NCBI RefSeq assembly: GCF_001194135.2
Contig: NC_068985.1
Span: 27,269,957-27,333,956 of the forward strand
DNA length: 64,000 bases
Direction of reading: 5' to 3'
Source: Octopus bimaculoides
Taxonomy: Eukaryota
Shown here: positions 14,073 through 27,443 of the stretch, piece by piece
Position numbering within the stretch: position 1 is the stretch's first letter
Layout of the letters: each line of letters starts with the position of its first letter
Program-made: the position numbers and the translations under genes
The notes under the pieces: model-generated
The model's input: only the letters and a program-made list of their open reading frames with translations
The model's database searches: none
Told to the model about the DNA's origin: nothing

Positions 14073-15144
14073 TTAAAAGAGGTTCAAGAGTACTGATGAC
14101 CTGTCACTCTTACTGATTTGGTGGGCTTACAAATATTACTGAACCAGCAATTGAAATTGATCTAGTTACCCATTCAAGTGAACTTGTGTCTCTAAAGTAG
14201 TTATATACTTATTAACTTTAACATTTTCAGATGGCATGGAAAGGAACTTATACAGGTCTAACTGCAAACACTTTCAAGGCTAGTTTCCTTTGAAATCGCC
14301 ACTCATTTAGGTTAAAGGGCAGAGAAGATTACACGTCTCTCACAATTCATCTGGAAACTCAGTGAGTAGAGACTGGCATGCTCTCCAATAATATAGAAGA
14401 TTGTTAATATTCTTCATATCTGAGTGGGCCATGAAACTGTCAGCTTTGCCTAATTGCAAATTTTCAGCTACTGAAGTAACCTGCAACATCTCTCAACAGG
14501 AGACCAGAAGTACTGTCTAATTGCTACCACCAGAGGAAGTTCCTTTTCAAAAATTTTCAGCCATCCAAAGATCACAAATCAAGAAAAAAAAAAACAACAA
14601 CCCCCCCACCCCCACCAAATAGACAGCCCCATTATGTCTTATAGAATAATTGCATTTGATGGTGACAACCATAGACTGAGATGGCGACAACCATCTTTCT
14701 TCATAGCACAATAGTACAAGAACAGACTGTAAATCTGCAACGAATTCAATCACAAGACCAGTTTTTAGGAATAAGGACTAACCTTATAATAAACTAGAGA
14801 TATAACCCTACCATTACTATTTTTCACATTTATTCACAATATCATTCAGAAGATATGCATATACCACAAGTAATGATGAAGTGGACTGCTGTTTTATACA
14901 CACACACACTGTATATATTTGATTAAGAGTTTTCTCCTTTAGGAACTATTTTGAATTCAGTAATGTTTTGCCTATGGCAAACCATTTTTGATAACAAATA
15001 AGATTTTAACATTGTTATAAAACACAATAACTCAGTTTTATCCATCTGACTAATGTACGGCGAGGCCAGATTTTAGCAAGTAGGTCACCAGAAAGAAACT
15101 GTAGAAAATCATATTTTAAGCATGTTATGTTAGATTAATTTTAA

Positions 15145-15355
15145 GGTGGTAAGCTGGCAGAATCATTAGCATGCTGGATGAAATGCTTAGCAGTATTTTG
15201 ACCATCACTACGTTCTGAGTTCAAATTCTGCCAAGGTTGACTCTGCTTTTCATCCTTTCAGGGTTGATGAATTAGGTACCAGTGAAACATTGGGGTTGAT
15301 GTAATCAACTAGTCCCCTCCCTTCAAATTTCAGGCCTTGTGCCTATAGTAGAAAG
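15145..15355 (+). mobile_element. SINE family B copy
   Basis: AAGCTGGCAGAATCATTAGCA...TTCTGAGTTCAAATTCTG...TAGAAAGGA. Confidence 0.85.
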
Positions 15356-15626
15356 GAGATTATATTAATTTTATATAGCATTAATATTAAAAAAAAATTA
15401 AAATACAAAATGTCATAAGTATAATTTTGAAACAAGAAAACAAAATGTAAATTTTATAACTCCTGAAGCAAAAGCTGTCATGACACAAGTTTTGACATTC
15501 AAGACATCTAGCTTAGAAGTCAAATACCCTTTTGTACCATTGCCTAGTTTACAAAGAGCTCAATAGTCCCAGAGATGTCTGACCAATCAATAAAAGACTC
15601 AGAAATGAATATAAAGTCAACCATAA

Positions 15627-15842
15627 CCCTTTAGCATTCAAATTAATTTATCAAATGTATTGCTTTTTTTATTCAGATTGTTTGGAATTAACAATGCATT
15701 ATCTTGTAGCTTTGAGATTTCAATTATGGGATTGTTTACTTTTAGTATGACATAGTAGGGTAGGTGAGAGAGACTGTATTTGACCAGTTTGAACATAACT
15801 AGAATATTTTGGTCAGATATGGCTAGTTTAAACGCTAAAGGG
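15627..15842. mobile_element. piggyBac-like MITE
   Basis: ATAA|CCCTTTAGCATT...AACGCTAAAGGG|TAAA; degenerate TTAA target duplication. Confidence 0.75.
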
Positions 15843-16004
15843 TAAAATTAATATACAACTCAAGCAGCCATAGTACACACTTGAGCACAAACTATAATAA
15901 ATGCTAAGAAATGTCTGATAAGTTAGCATACTTTGAAACTTGATAAAATCTGTGAAAGAAAAGGCAGTAGATGAAGTATTTTGGAGGTGTTATATCAAAT
16001 GTTA

Positions 16005-16195
16005 AAGCAGTGAGCTAGCAGACATAAGTGCATTGGAAAAAATGCTTAGCAGCATTTCTTCTGGCTCTTTGCAGTCTGAGTTCAAATGCTGTTAAGGTCA
16101 GCTTTGCTTTTCATCCTTTCAGGGTTGATAAAATAAAGCACCAGTCAAGTAAGTAATGAAGTTAATGCAACCAACTATCCAGTACCCCTAAAAAT
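16005..16195 (+). mobile_element. SINE family B copy, old
   Basis: Similarity to the other family B copies. Confidence 0.7.
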
Positions 16196-17204
16196 TTCAA
16201 GCAACTATTACATTAAACCACAGTTTAATATATTCATGCGTATGTGAAAGAGGGAAAGAAAGAGAGAATGTGTTTGTTATATTTGTGTAGCTTGAGATCC
16301 ACTTTACTCGAACAGATAACTAATATGGATGTAACTGATTGAATAAAGCATTTGACTGATATGATATTCCAGCTATTTTGTTGAGAGTCTGATGTGCTAA
16401 AATTTAGAACCTAAAATATGCAGTTCCCTGATTTTAAAGACAGCAGGAAGTTTGTTGAGGGTCAAACTTGCTAGAACAAGGAACCATTTTGAAGTTCCTT
16501 CCTTAGCTTGTGCATACTCAACTAATGGATAATAATTTTGGCTTGAAAACAAAAAAATGTTACTATTGTATACTTGGAGTAGTGCTGTTTTCTTTTTAAT
16601 GGAAAAATTACAATATATTGTTAATTTAGTTATGATAAACATTTTTCAAGCATTTTAGTCATGTGGGAGCATAAAATGTCACTTTATACCTTATTAGATT
16701 TTGTAACCAAAACTTCAGGACTATTGCCAACTAATGTAAACAAATATAAAAAAAATCAAATGAGAAATATAGTAGGGGAAAAGTTATTAGCATTATAATA
16801 CATCTTGATCTAACAAAGAAATGTGAAAATAAACTATTTTGAAGAAGAGACCAAAACTTGGTGGGATAATGGCAAGAATACTGGCTAGTACACTGCAGGG
16901 AAGACATGTCCAATAGTTTGGTTAAAGATCCAAAACTAATGGTATTTGCCTCCTGTATAAAAACAGGTTACAGTGAAGAAGCATTGATACCATATCAAGT
17001 TTTGAGTCAGTCACTCACTGACATTAAAAGTACAAACACAATGCCTTTGTTTCACATAGAATTTATCAAAAGCTAAACAAATGAAACAAGAATAAAAAGA
17101 TTTTTACAGTTAATAATTCATGAAAATTATTGAGTGAAGAGAATATGGAATTTAGGGGACAAACATCTGTTGTGAATAAATCAAAATGAAGTAGAAATCT
17201 CTTA

Positions 17205-17540
17205 TCTTTTACTTGTTTCAGTCATTAGCTTATGGCCATGCTGGGGTGCTCCCTTGAAGGGTTTAGCTGAACAAATCAACCCCAGGACTTACTTCTCAGT
17301 CTGGTACTCATTTATTGGTCTCTGGATAAATTGCTTAGTTACAGGGATGTAAACACATCAGCATCAGTTGTCAAGTGGCAGTAGGGGACAAACACAAACA
17401 CAAAGACACGCACGCGCTACCAAATTCAGTCACAAGGTCTATAATAGAAGACACTTGCTGAAGGTGCCACACAATGGGACTGAACCTGAAACCATGCGGT
17501 TGCAAAGTGAACTTCTTAACTTCAATCATGTCTGTACCTA
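17205..17540 (-). mobile_element. SINE family A copy
   Basis: TCTTTTACTTGTTTCAGTCAT...GGGACTGAACCTGAAACCATG. Confidence 0.9.
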
Positions 17541-20322
17541 AATGTTGATACTTTTTTGTTAATTTTTTTTTCTAGCACATTAACACACGCGTGTTTTAGT
17601 TAAAAAAAAAATTTAACTAAAGAATTCAAATATTTTAACAGGGCTTGTGAAGATATTAACAGCAATTTGCTCTAAGCTTTATGAACAACATTTAACAAAG
17701 GGCAAAGTTAATTTTTGAAACTAATTAAACACTAAAAAGATTTGTAGAGAAAACAATGCCAATCAACAGCTATCAATAAAAATATTAACATTGTTTAGCT
17801 AGTAGCTATAACTGTTAATCCATACACCCACACATACATACTCCTTGTCTGTCTTCAGCGATTAAGTTTGTTCATTTATTTATATTACCTTAACAACCTG
17901 GTCATTGTACTAACTCACTCACACTGTAGTTATTTCTACAAGTGACCTATGTATTATAATCTTACTATACCTATTTATACACTAGCTTGTAAGTGCCAGA
18001 TAATAATTAAGTGATTTCTGCTCTGTCACCCTCCTACCCTTTTTAAAGACAGCTCAATGGCCAAGTAGCCTGCATACCAAATCACTGAATGAAGTCCCCT
18101 GAAATATCAGTAAGCAAACCAATCTAAAATGATCAGCACACATAAAATCAACATAATTACATTTCATATTAACACTTTTTCTATCCTTCATAAGACAAGT
18201 ATCTGTGTAAATGTTGTTTAGTCTCAAGTCAACACTCAGGTCAAATAAGCAGACCAATCGTCAAAGATGTATCAGCCATGACCGTCCCATTTTATTTATC
18301 TAGGACCACATTTGTCCTAAGTACCCCTACTTTATTTTGCTTTTTAAATATGTAAGGGTGTAATTTATAATTTGGCTGTTATTTTTCATAGGCTGAGTGA
18401 TCATGTAGAAGCTCTTTTGTCAGCTAATGATATCATGCTTTACTATACTTTCAGAAAACTTAATGTAGCAACCATCACATGGAGGCTCAAATTTGAAATT
18501 AGCAATGAATATTTAAATAGAATTAGGCATGACTAAATGCAGACATGTATGAATATGGAGTTTGCTTCTTAACTACGCAGTCATGGGGTCTATCTCACTG
18601 ATTGGTACCCTGGGTAAAGTCTCTCTAAGGCCAACCAATGCCTTATGGGTGAAACTGTTAGATGGAAACTGTGGAATCCCGTCACATATATGTGTACTTG
18701 TACATGTGGATATTTGTATTCTGTGTCCTCCCGTGAAAATGATGAGCAAAAGTTAGTGATGCTATGCTGACATTTCTTGTCAACACATCATTCTTTAAAG
18801 ACAAATGGAATACAAAATCTCCTCACTTGGAAACAGTGTTAGTGACAGAAAGAGCACCTGGCTGTAAAACAATGCCTCAATAAGTGTTCATCCAGCCTAT
18901 GCTAGCATGGAAAAATGAATGTAAAACAGACAAATGAATTATGTTAGTAAGCTGAGAAGATTTTATAAAATAAAAGTTATTATATAAAGTCTGATCAGGT
19001 AAGCTCTTACAACTATTTTGAGTCTGCAAATGAAAGGATAAATTCCTGTGGGTCAATGCACAGGGATGAAGAAATTAAAGAAATATTAAGTCTTGCAAAT
19101 TAATTTAAAAATATTAACTGTAAATCATCAATATTCATGGGATACCAACAATTTGAAATCTAGTTTCCATTATAAGTGTCAAGTACAAATCAGTAAACTG
19201 ACAGAAGATATATTTTTTTTTTATCTTACATTCATGGTGGGAGCTGATACTGAACCAGTGTTCAAGTGTATGGATGTTTTGAGTTTCTAATTGGGTAATT
19301 AACAGTTATGCAATAAATATTTAAGGAAAATCTGAACATTTTAAATGGAGAGAACTGAATATATACATACTGTCTCAAGCACTTCTTTTACTGATATTGA
19401 GTACTTTTAAACAGAAAAGTATTTTTCAAATATTTTGCAGTCTAATTAAGTGACAGGGTATTGATTCAGAATATAGAATCAAAACATGCTCACTGTAATC
19501 TAAAAATTGTTTTTAAGCTTGGAAAATGTTAATTGAAATCTGGTTAGTTTTTCTAAGGAAATAGAATTTCTTATGTTTTATGCTACATCACTGTGTGAAG
19601 AAAACTATATAAACTTAATAAAAAAGGAGAAAATAATAGTAAAATAGACATCAAAACTAACATGAGAAGATCATTTTCAATATAAAAGGCTGTTTCTCAG
19701 TACAGACTGATACTTGTCAAGGGCTAAGAGAAGAAATAGTATCAAACAGATTCTTTACTAGAATAACTTGTATTTTTAAGGGATAGGAGTCATAACCACC
19801 AATAGATAAATTGATATCTACAGACTACAGCCTATTCAGTCAATAAACACTATTTATGGAGGGTTCTAAAGAATAATTGCAGTCTTAAAATAACAGAGAT
19901 AGCTGCTTGCTTCAAACAGCTGATTGTAAAATTCTTTTAGCTACTTTTGAAACATGATAATTAAGTAGAGCGCAGGTATACATTTGTTGAAATAAAGTAA
20001 ATAAGAATATATAAAAGTAGAGTTAAATATAGATACATAAATTGCATTAGAGATTCATTTGCCCTATCAAATGTGTGAAATTAGTATTTTATATAACAGA
20101 TTGCTGTTAACTTGGATACTATAGTTTGGAAACAGTGGTTGCTGTCATATCACTTCAGTTAAGGTATTATTAACTTTTGGGAAAATTAAGGGAACAGCAA
20201 AAGAATTCTCTTTTTGCATAATGCAGATGTGATGTTATGAAACATAGGTTGTTTCATAATTTCATCACAGCTCTGATCAAAAATATTCAGTGTATAACTA
20301 CAACTATATATTGCTCTGCTTC

Positions 20323-20742
20323 ATTGGACACTAAACTCGGCTTGCGAAGACCTGTTGGGGCAAGCGAAAGCGAAATCGTGATGGCACCTTTTCCCAATCG
20401 TCGCCTTCCTGGCACTTGTGCCGGTGGCATGTGTAAAGACATTCAAGCGAGATCGTTGCCAGTGCCGTTGGACTGGCTCCTGTGCAGGTGGCACGTAAAA
20501 TACACCATTTTGAGCGTGGCCGTTGCCAGTACCGCTTGACTGGTCTTCGTGCTGGTGGCACGTAAAAGCACCCACTACACTCTCAGAGTGGTTGGCGTTA
20601 GGAAGGGCATCCAGCTGTAGAAACTCTGCCAAATCAGACTGGAGCCTGGTGTAGCCATCTGGTTCACCAGTCCTCAGTCAAATCGTCCAACCCATGCTAG
20701 CATGGAAAGCGGATGTTAAACAATGATGATGATGATGATGAT
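20323..20742 (+). mobile_element. Young retroposon 3' region with (GAT)n tail (probably RTE LINE 3'UTR or an RTE-partnered SINE)
   Basis: Keeps many CpGs despite the CpG-poor surroundings; contains an internal duplication (CCAGTGCCG.T.GACTGG) and ends GTTAAACAATGATGATGATGATGAT. Shorter copies at 3098, 30797, 35255 and 18800. Confidence 0.8.
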
Positions 20743-21469
20743 ATCCTTCCTTGTTTAAAAACAGTCAATTATTACTTTGAGATCTAGTTGCTTTTTCTAG
20801 CAGGCTGGGCATCCATGTAGAAGCTTTGATGGAAATACTTGTAGAAAAGGTGGTCATCTTCCTATAACTGCAGGCAAATTATTAAAGTACAATGTGAACA
20901 CGAGACGTGGGTTTTTGTAACATAGGTCAAGGCATGTAAAAGAAACAATTCTGTTAGTACTATGGACATGCATTCAAGAATGGATTAAATGTTTTGGATG
21001 AAAAGGTGCCAGGAGCTGATATATGGTAGGTGAAGGAAAGAAGTAATCCAAATACATCAACTACTAAGATTAGCAGCCTAATAAGTTAAACAAAAGATAA
21101 GGACTGACAGAGATGGAATGTTTTGCACTCTTGTCCTGACCAATGTAGGTCAGTAATAATACACTATGATAATATGGTCAGTCATGATATAAAAACATTC
21201 ACACCACAACTAAGATTTAGCCATCTCACTCACACATGTCACTCTATGCAGTTGCTTGATCTGACAGAGGCTGCAGCCAAATTCACTCAACCTGCATTTT
21301 ACTATTCTTAAAAAAGAAAAGATTTAGATGGGATAGTCACAGCCGTGACTATCATAGGGCTCTCTTTCTAGAGCTGATTTGAAGCTAAACACTAACAAAA
21401 ATTATTTTTATAAAGCTGCTATGCTCAGACACCAGTTTGAAGGGTTTAGTCAATTATACTGAAATTGGT

Positions 21470-21765
21470 GCTTATTTTGAAAGTCTGGTACCTTGTTTTC
21501 TGTTTTTTTTAATCTCAATTTGTTGAATTGCTAAGTTAAGGAACATAAAAAACACTGGTTTTTAATCAGTGTAAACTTTAATATAAGTCACATTCACACA
21601 TATACAACAAGCTTCTGCACAGTTCCTGTTCAACAAATTTCATCCACAAGGTATTGGTTAAACTGAGGATATAGTACAAAACACCTATTCAAGGTATTCA
21701 TGCATTGGGTTTGAACCCAAAACCTTGGGGTTGTAAAGCAAACTTCTTAACCACTCAGCCATGCT
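21470..21765 (-). mobile_element. SINE family A copy, old
   Basis: Degenerate reverse-complement similarity. Confidence 0.7.
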
Positions 21766-22181
21766 TGTTACTAGCACCACATTGTGATGACAGGTCAAGA
21801 GCACTTAGCTATGAATGGTCCAGTTCAACTAGCTGTAAACGAATGCCTTGTAGATGGAAGTACAGCTTATGCATGTCAGCTGCAAGAGCTTTGTATAATT
21901 CATAAGTGTTTTATTGACTTGAGGGTGCAGAGTCAAAGTCCCAGTTTGGTTTTAATCATATTTTAACAAATGCTGATGTCCATTATACAAGGTTGCCAGC
22001 AAAAGTGAAATGATTGATAAGAATCTTGTAAAGTGACACACATTGTTGACCATATAAATATGAGAGCTTTGGTGCAAATGAAGAGAAGCTAAATTTCTTA
22101 CTCTGGGGTTATCAGGTCATCAATAGTAGTTTAGAGATTTCCAACTGACATAAACAGGATTTCAATATTTTAAGTCTTTAA

Positions 22182-22391
22182 CCCTTTAAGCACTCAGATT
22201 ATGCTGCCAAATATAATGCTTATTTATTCACATTGTTTGAAGTTAATAATACTTTATCTTAGAGCTTCGAAATTTCAATGATATGATTGCATAATTTTAG
22301 AATGACATTGTAGGGTAGATGTGAGAGGTCAGATCTGGCCACGTTGAGCATAAAACAGGTAGAGTACTTGAGCGATTTAAATGCTAAAGGG
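22182..22391. mobile_element. piggyBac-like MITE
   Basis: TTAA|CCCTTTAAGCA...ATGCTAAAGGG|TTAG. Confidence 0.8.
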
Positions 22392-22395
22392 TTAG

Positions 22396-22610
22396 GGCAG
22401 TGAGCTGGCAGAATTGTTAGTATGCCAGGCTGCTTAGTGGCATTTTGTCCATCTTTATGTTCTGGGTTCAAGTTCTGCTGAGGTTGACTTTGCCAGTCAT
22501 CCCTTTTTGGGTTGATAAAATAAGTCACAGTTGAGTGGTGGGGTTGATTAGCCCCCCCCCCCATCCCCTGAAATTGTTGGCCTTGCACCAAAATTTGAAA
22601 CCAATATCTT
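22396..22610 (+). mobile_element. SINE family B copy directly abutting the MITE
   Basis: GAGCTGGCAGAATTGTTAG...AATTTGAAACC. Confidence 0.85.
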
Positions 22611-23143
22611 AAGCCTTTCACCAAACGCTCCATAACAATAATAATGGTTACTACCTAAAAGGAAGTGTCATACAAGTTAAGTAAACAAAGTGCTTGCCTA
22701 TAGCCTAAAAAAGTTCTCAGGGGGATCATATTCCTTCATCTCGAGGTTTAATGTGTTAAGTTTAAATGGATATCATGTAAATATAATTTAAATATCTGTT
22801 AAGATTTGAACACAATAAAGTATGTATGGATCTAGAAACCCTGACAAACATCACAGTGATACACATCATCATCAAATGAAATAATAATTTCTCAATAAAA
22901 CACAAAACATCGTTAGGAGAAATGAGGTCTTGTAGGGTTCATATTTCCCTTAAGGTCATAAATTCTCTATAAATGGGAATTAAAACCTTGTTAGAGTTAC
23001 CATTTGCCAAAAACTTATTACTACTAATAATTCCTAATAGAGACACAATGTCAAATTTTTAAGGAGAATGGAAGTAGAAAATAGTGTCTTTAGGACCTTT
23101 ACCATAGACTTTAGATATACAAGCTAAAACTGTTTTAAATGGG

Positions 23144-23510
23144 AACAAGTGCACTCAGAGAATACAAACCTCTGCCAAGACAACACTAACGTCCTCTCAA
23201 TGATTAGCTAGAGATTTTTAAAATGAGAATATCTGACATAAACTTGAATACTCTCACAAACGAGAATACTAAAAGTGAACCCGACCACTCTCAAAGGTTA
23301 AGTAAAAAAACAGGAAAAATAATCCAGAATCCTTCTCCGGTACTGAATTGATCCCAAAATCTGATCAGTTTGTGCCAGTCATGAGGTCAAACATCCCTGA
23401 AAGTTTCATCCGAATTCATCCAGCGATTCTTGAGATATCATGTCCATGGACAAACAAACAAACACGACTGAAAACAATACCTCTGCCTTCGCTAAGGCAG
23501 AGGTAATAAA
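23144..23510 (+). mobile_element. HINE/Helentron-like non-autonomous rolling-circle element
   Basis: Starts AACAAG; 5' subterminal ACCTCTGCC at ~23168; (CAAA)n core at 23449-23463; 3' hairpin TACCTCTGCCTT-CGCT-AAGGCAGAGGTA (23478-23505) followed by an A-rich end. Confidence 0.65.
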
Positions 23511-23733
23511 AACTAGGCTTTTTATTTTACTTACCAAGAAAAAGTAAAAAGGCCAAAATCTATAACTATTACTTGCAAATAATGGCTAGGCTTCATGTTA
23601 TATGCTCCTTTTTGGGAGCATATAAACATGTTTTTGTTAATTGTTTTAGTTGCCTATACAGCCAAAAGCAGTTGTAGGTACCCTCTCAGCCCTCCTGCTC
23701 ATGACCCAATGGAATATTCAGGATGTCACAGCT

Positions 23734-23743
23734 NNNNNNNNNN
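23734..23743. other. Assembly gap next to (GA)n
   Basis: N bases. Confidence 1.
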
Positions 23744-23779
23744 GAGAGAGAGAGAGAGAGAGAGAGAGATGTATAAGCA

Positions 23780-23930
23780 TCAGATTGGTACTCATTTCCA
23801 GTTGAGTAGACTGGAGCAATGTGAAATGAAACACCTTGCTCAAGAACACAACATGCTGCCTGATCTAGGAATCTAACCCATAAATCTATGATGGTGAACT
23901 GAACCCCTTAAGTACTAGGTCACATGCCCC
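23780..23930 (-). mobile_element. CORE-like tRNA SINE fragment
   Basis: Similar to 52555-52826 (GACTGGAGCAATGTGAAATGAA..CTTGCTCAAGAACACAAC). Confidence 0.6.
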
Positions 23931-24511
23931 CACACACTCACTGAGAACATGCATAAAATGTTCTTGACACAAGGCAACACAAAATATGTATTCACTGATT
24001 ACAGGGATATTAAAGGTTTACTTGACCCCAACAAGATTTGAACTACAAATGCAGGAAGATGAAATTAAGTACAGTCTGCCATTTTACTCTGGTGAACAAC
24101 TGGTTCAATTGCACTAAAATTTTATGAAAACAATTCTATGAAAACAAAACTCCTAAAATTTACAGTGTGGAAATAAAAAGTTGTGACATATTTTTCTTAA
24201 GGACATACATGTAATAGGTAAAATTTGCCACAAGCTAACTGCAACACAGCCTACATCAAAACTTTTTTAAAGATAGAAGCCTGTTTTTGTTAAAGAGAGA
24301 AGAGTATAGCAGACTGACTGACTCAGTTGGTGACAGAGACAACCAGCTGGCTATTTTCTTATCTGTTTGACAGAAAAAAGTTATGACCATAGGTAGTGCC
24401 CCAGTAAGCTTGTGGCAAGTTAAATGCATAGGGATCAGCTGGTATCTGAAACCTTTAGTCTTTTAATTTAGGCCATTACATTGTGTGTGTGTGTGTGTGT
24501 GTGTGTGTTGT

Positions 24512-24835
24512 AGTATGGTCAAATGGTTGAGAAGTTAGCTTTACAATCATCAATTTCAGGGTTTGATTCTATTGCATAGCATCTTGGGTGACTGTCATTT
24601 TCTGTAGTTCCAGGTTGAACCCATGCTTTTTGAGTTGGAAGGTTGGAAACTGTAGAGAAGCCTTTCAGATGGATTGTACCTATAATTCAAAGGAACAACC
24701 TTGTACATACACAGTGTGTCTCACTGATTCTGCCTGCGAATTACATTAAGGGTACATATGTTTGGGCAATGCTCAACCATTTACACATCAATTCAGGAGT
24801 AGGTAATTCATTGACCAGACAAATGAAACTTCGTC
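24512..24835 (+). mobile_element. Old mosaic SINE: family A-like head with family C-like body
   Basis: Head resembles family A; AATTCAAAGG..CCTTGT.CA.AC..TGTGTC.C.CTGA..C...GAA.TAC.TTAAGGGTACA matches 27650-27720. Confidence 0.6.
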
Positions 24836-24869
24836 AATGAATGATGGAGAACTATCCATCTATATACAT

Positions 24870-25205
24870 TTTTTATTCTTTTGTTTCAGTCTTTGGGCTG
24901 TGGCTATGCTGGGGAAACATCTTGAAGGGTTTCGGTTGAATGAATTGACCCCAGTACTTCTTTTTTTTAAAGCCTGATACTTATTCCATCAATTACTTTG
25001 CTGAACAGCTAGGGTACAGGGATGTAAACAAACCAACTCTGGTTGTCAAGCAGTAGTGGAGGACAAACAAAAAGACTCTCAATCTTTTTCACACACATAC
25101 AAATACAATACATACACACATGTTGAGCTTCTTTCAGTTTCTGTCTACTAAATCCACTCACAGGGCTTTGGTCAGTTTGGAGCTATAGTTGAAGATACTT
25201 GCCCA
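24870..25205 (-). mobile_element. SINE family A copy
   Basis: Tail and core on the minus strand. Confidence 0.85.
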
Positions 25206-26599
25206 TAACAGAATTTGCTGAAAATGGTCTGCTTTAGCATTGACTACAACATGATGGTCAAAAATAAAAGTTTAAAGATTTCAAACAGAGGTTGATTTAA
25301 ATTTGCATTACACAAAGACCATCATAAACAGTTTGAATGATCATGAAATTATGAACACAGTACACAAGCCCTTATTGGAATGGAGAATATCTAGTAGTCC
25401 AAACTGTCTGACATACTGGGTCTACCAATGTAAAACATGTAACCAGCATTATACCTTAAATATAGAGTAATTAATGCTATGATAAGGTAAGTGAAAGCCA
25501 TTGAGTACAAGCATTGGATGTAGAAAATGATAAACATTACTGCTGAAGTGAAAGTGATATAACATCAGGTAGCGAAAAAGAGTGATGTGAACTGCATAAT
25601 TAAAAATGACAACTCTTCAAAAGGGATAAAAATAATAGCAAGGAATAAAGAAAAGAAACCAACAACAATATAATTGAGAATGACAATTGTAGCTTTTGTG
25701 GAAAAGTAAAGGTCAAAGAAAAATGCGTTAAAAAAAAACAGAGATAGCACAAAGGATTGTGTAAGTTTTATTTCACTTCTAAAAAGTTGGTGAAAATGAC
25801 TTCATTGAATGTAATTCAGCTACATTTCCTCCTCCCATTCACCAAATAATAGAACATATAATAAACTAATTTAATTCATAGAACATATAATAAACTAATT
25901 TAACGCAAATCTATTCCTGACAATAAATAGTTAAGGTAAAATATATTTGAAAAATAAATGGCATTCAGCAGTGACATACACTTTCAACATCCTTGTTGAG
26001 ATATGTAATTGATCGAATGTTTGTTGTTAACTAACTTGAGTGCCACAGCATCACTGTAAGTTGGAGTAAGATGATTACAGATCTTGATGGTATTGTTTAG
26101 CTTCCAAGATGTCCTTATCAAGCAGATCCTTATCATCAAAAATATACAACGCATGGCCATGCCATGTTATTTTTCAGGTGGAGTGTACTCTGGACTACAT
26201 AACTAATGTATATTTTAGGATGGTAGAAAGGGGTGTGAGGGAGATTTTGGTTGCTATTTTTAGCAGACTGAATGACCAAATAGGTGCTCTCTAGTTGGCT
26301 CACAGGTTTTTACTGTACAATTCCAATACAGGTTGTTCATGAAAGTTCATGGATATTTTTTGTTTGGCATGGAAGGCAACACAGCTAAAAAGAAGGCCTT
26401 GCTGGCTTTACAAGCAAACAGAACTCCGTCCTCACAATCAGAATGCATGATTTTCTGTATGGTTGCAAAATTTGGTTTCTGTAAGCAGATAACCTATGTT
26501 GTTTGGAGGTTCTTAAAAATGACTCAAGAAGAAAAGAAAGCTGTGTATTTGTCTTATTGGTGACTTAGGGCTGTATAATCAATCCACAAGCATACTGAT

Positions 26600-26795
26600 C
26601 TCAAATTTTAGCACAAGGCCAGCAATTTTAGGAGAGGGGTAAATTGATTACATCGACACCAGTGTTAACTGATACTTATTATATTGACCCTAAAAGGATG
26701 GAAGGCAAAGTCAACCTTGACAGAGATCAGAATGTAAAGAAGGATGAAATGCTGCTAAGCATTTTGCTCAGAGAGCTAATGCTTCTGCCATTTCA
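26600..26795 (-). mobile_element. SINE family B copy
   Basis: GCACAAGGCCAGCAATTTT...GCTAATGCTTCTGCC. Confidence 0.75.
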
Positions 26796-27443
26796 CTGCC
26801 TTATATTACTGTGAAGGCAATCATCTGTACTCAAAATCCACAACTTTTGTAGGTTGTTAAAGGATGTTGATGATTTTACGCTCACTAGAATGAATATTTC
26901 AGTTTCAAGTACCTTGCCATAACATATTCTCAGCCATTGAGAAATTATGATGATACACTTAGCAACTTATACTGACTGAACATGTAGGTGGATATTTATG
27001 GCAAAAGCCCAATGAATATTGGGGATGTACATCATCAGTGATGTAGATTAATCTTTGCGATAATGACTTCAATCTCAATTTCTGATTTTTTGACTGAGGG
27101 AATGTGTTGAAGGTAACACATGATGTAACCATGTGTAATAACAGCCTTGAACAATTCAAGTGAATAATTGAAACAGCTTGGCCTACAATAATTAACTTGA
27201 TTCTGTGTGAGTAAAGGGTTATGTGTAGGGATTGAGTTATAGAGCTTGAAACAAAGATCTTAGGCAAGAAGCAATGACAGAAGGACAAAATAAGACCAAA
27301 TGTTAAAAATAAGTAAAAAAAAAAACACCTGAAGACCTCACAAATCCATAACATCTGAATGCACCCATTTAACCTTTCCATAAACATATTTTTAATGAGA
27401 TGTTCAGGTTAAATGCATTTCATTGGAAATATATATATATGCT

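Noticed and set aside
16400-16541. Minus-strand exon SQNYYPLVEYAQAK...
   Set aside because: Good acceptor and open in phase 2, but no convincing donor and no recognisable homology.
25565-25750. Hydrophobic ORF as a membrane-protein exon or NUMT
   Set aside because: Explained by T-rich composition; no mitochondrial gene motif recognised.
26959-27387. 142-aa minus-strand ORF
   Set aside because: No recognisable motif, no clear splice or start context; expected by chance in T-rich sequence.
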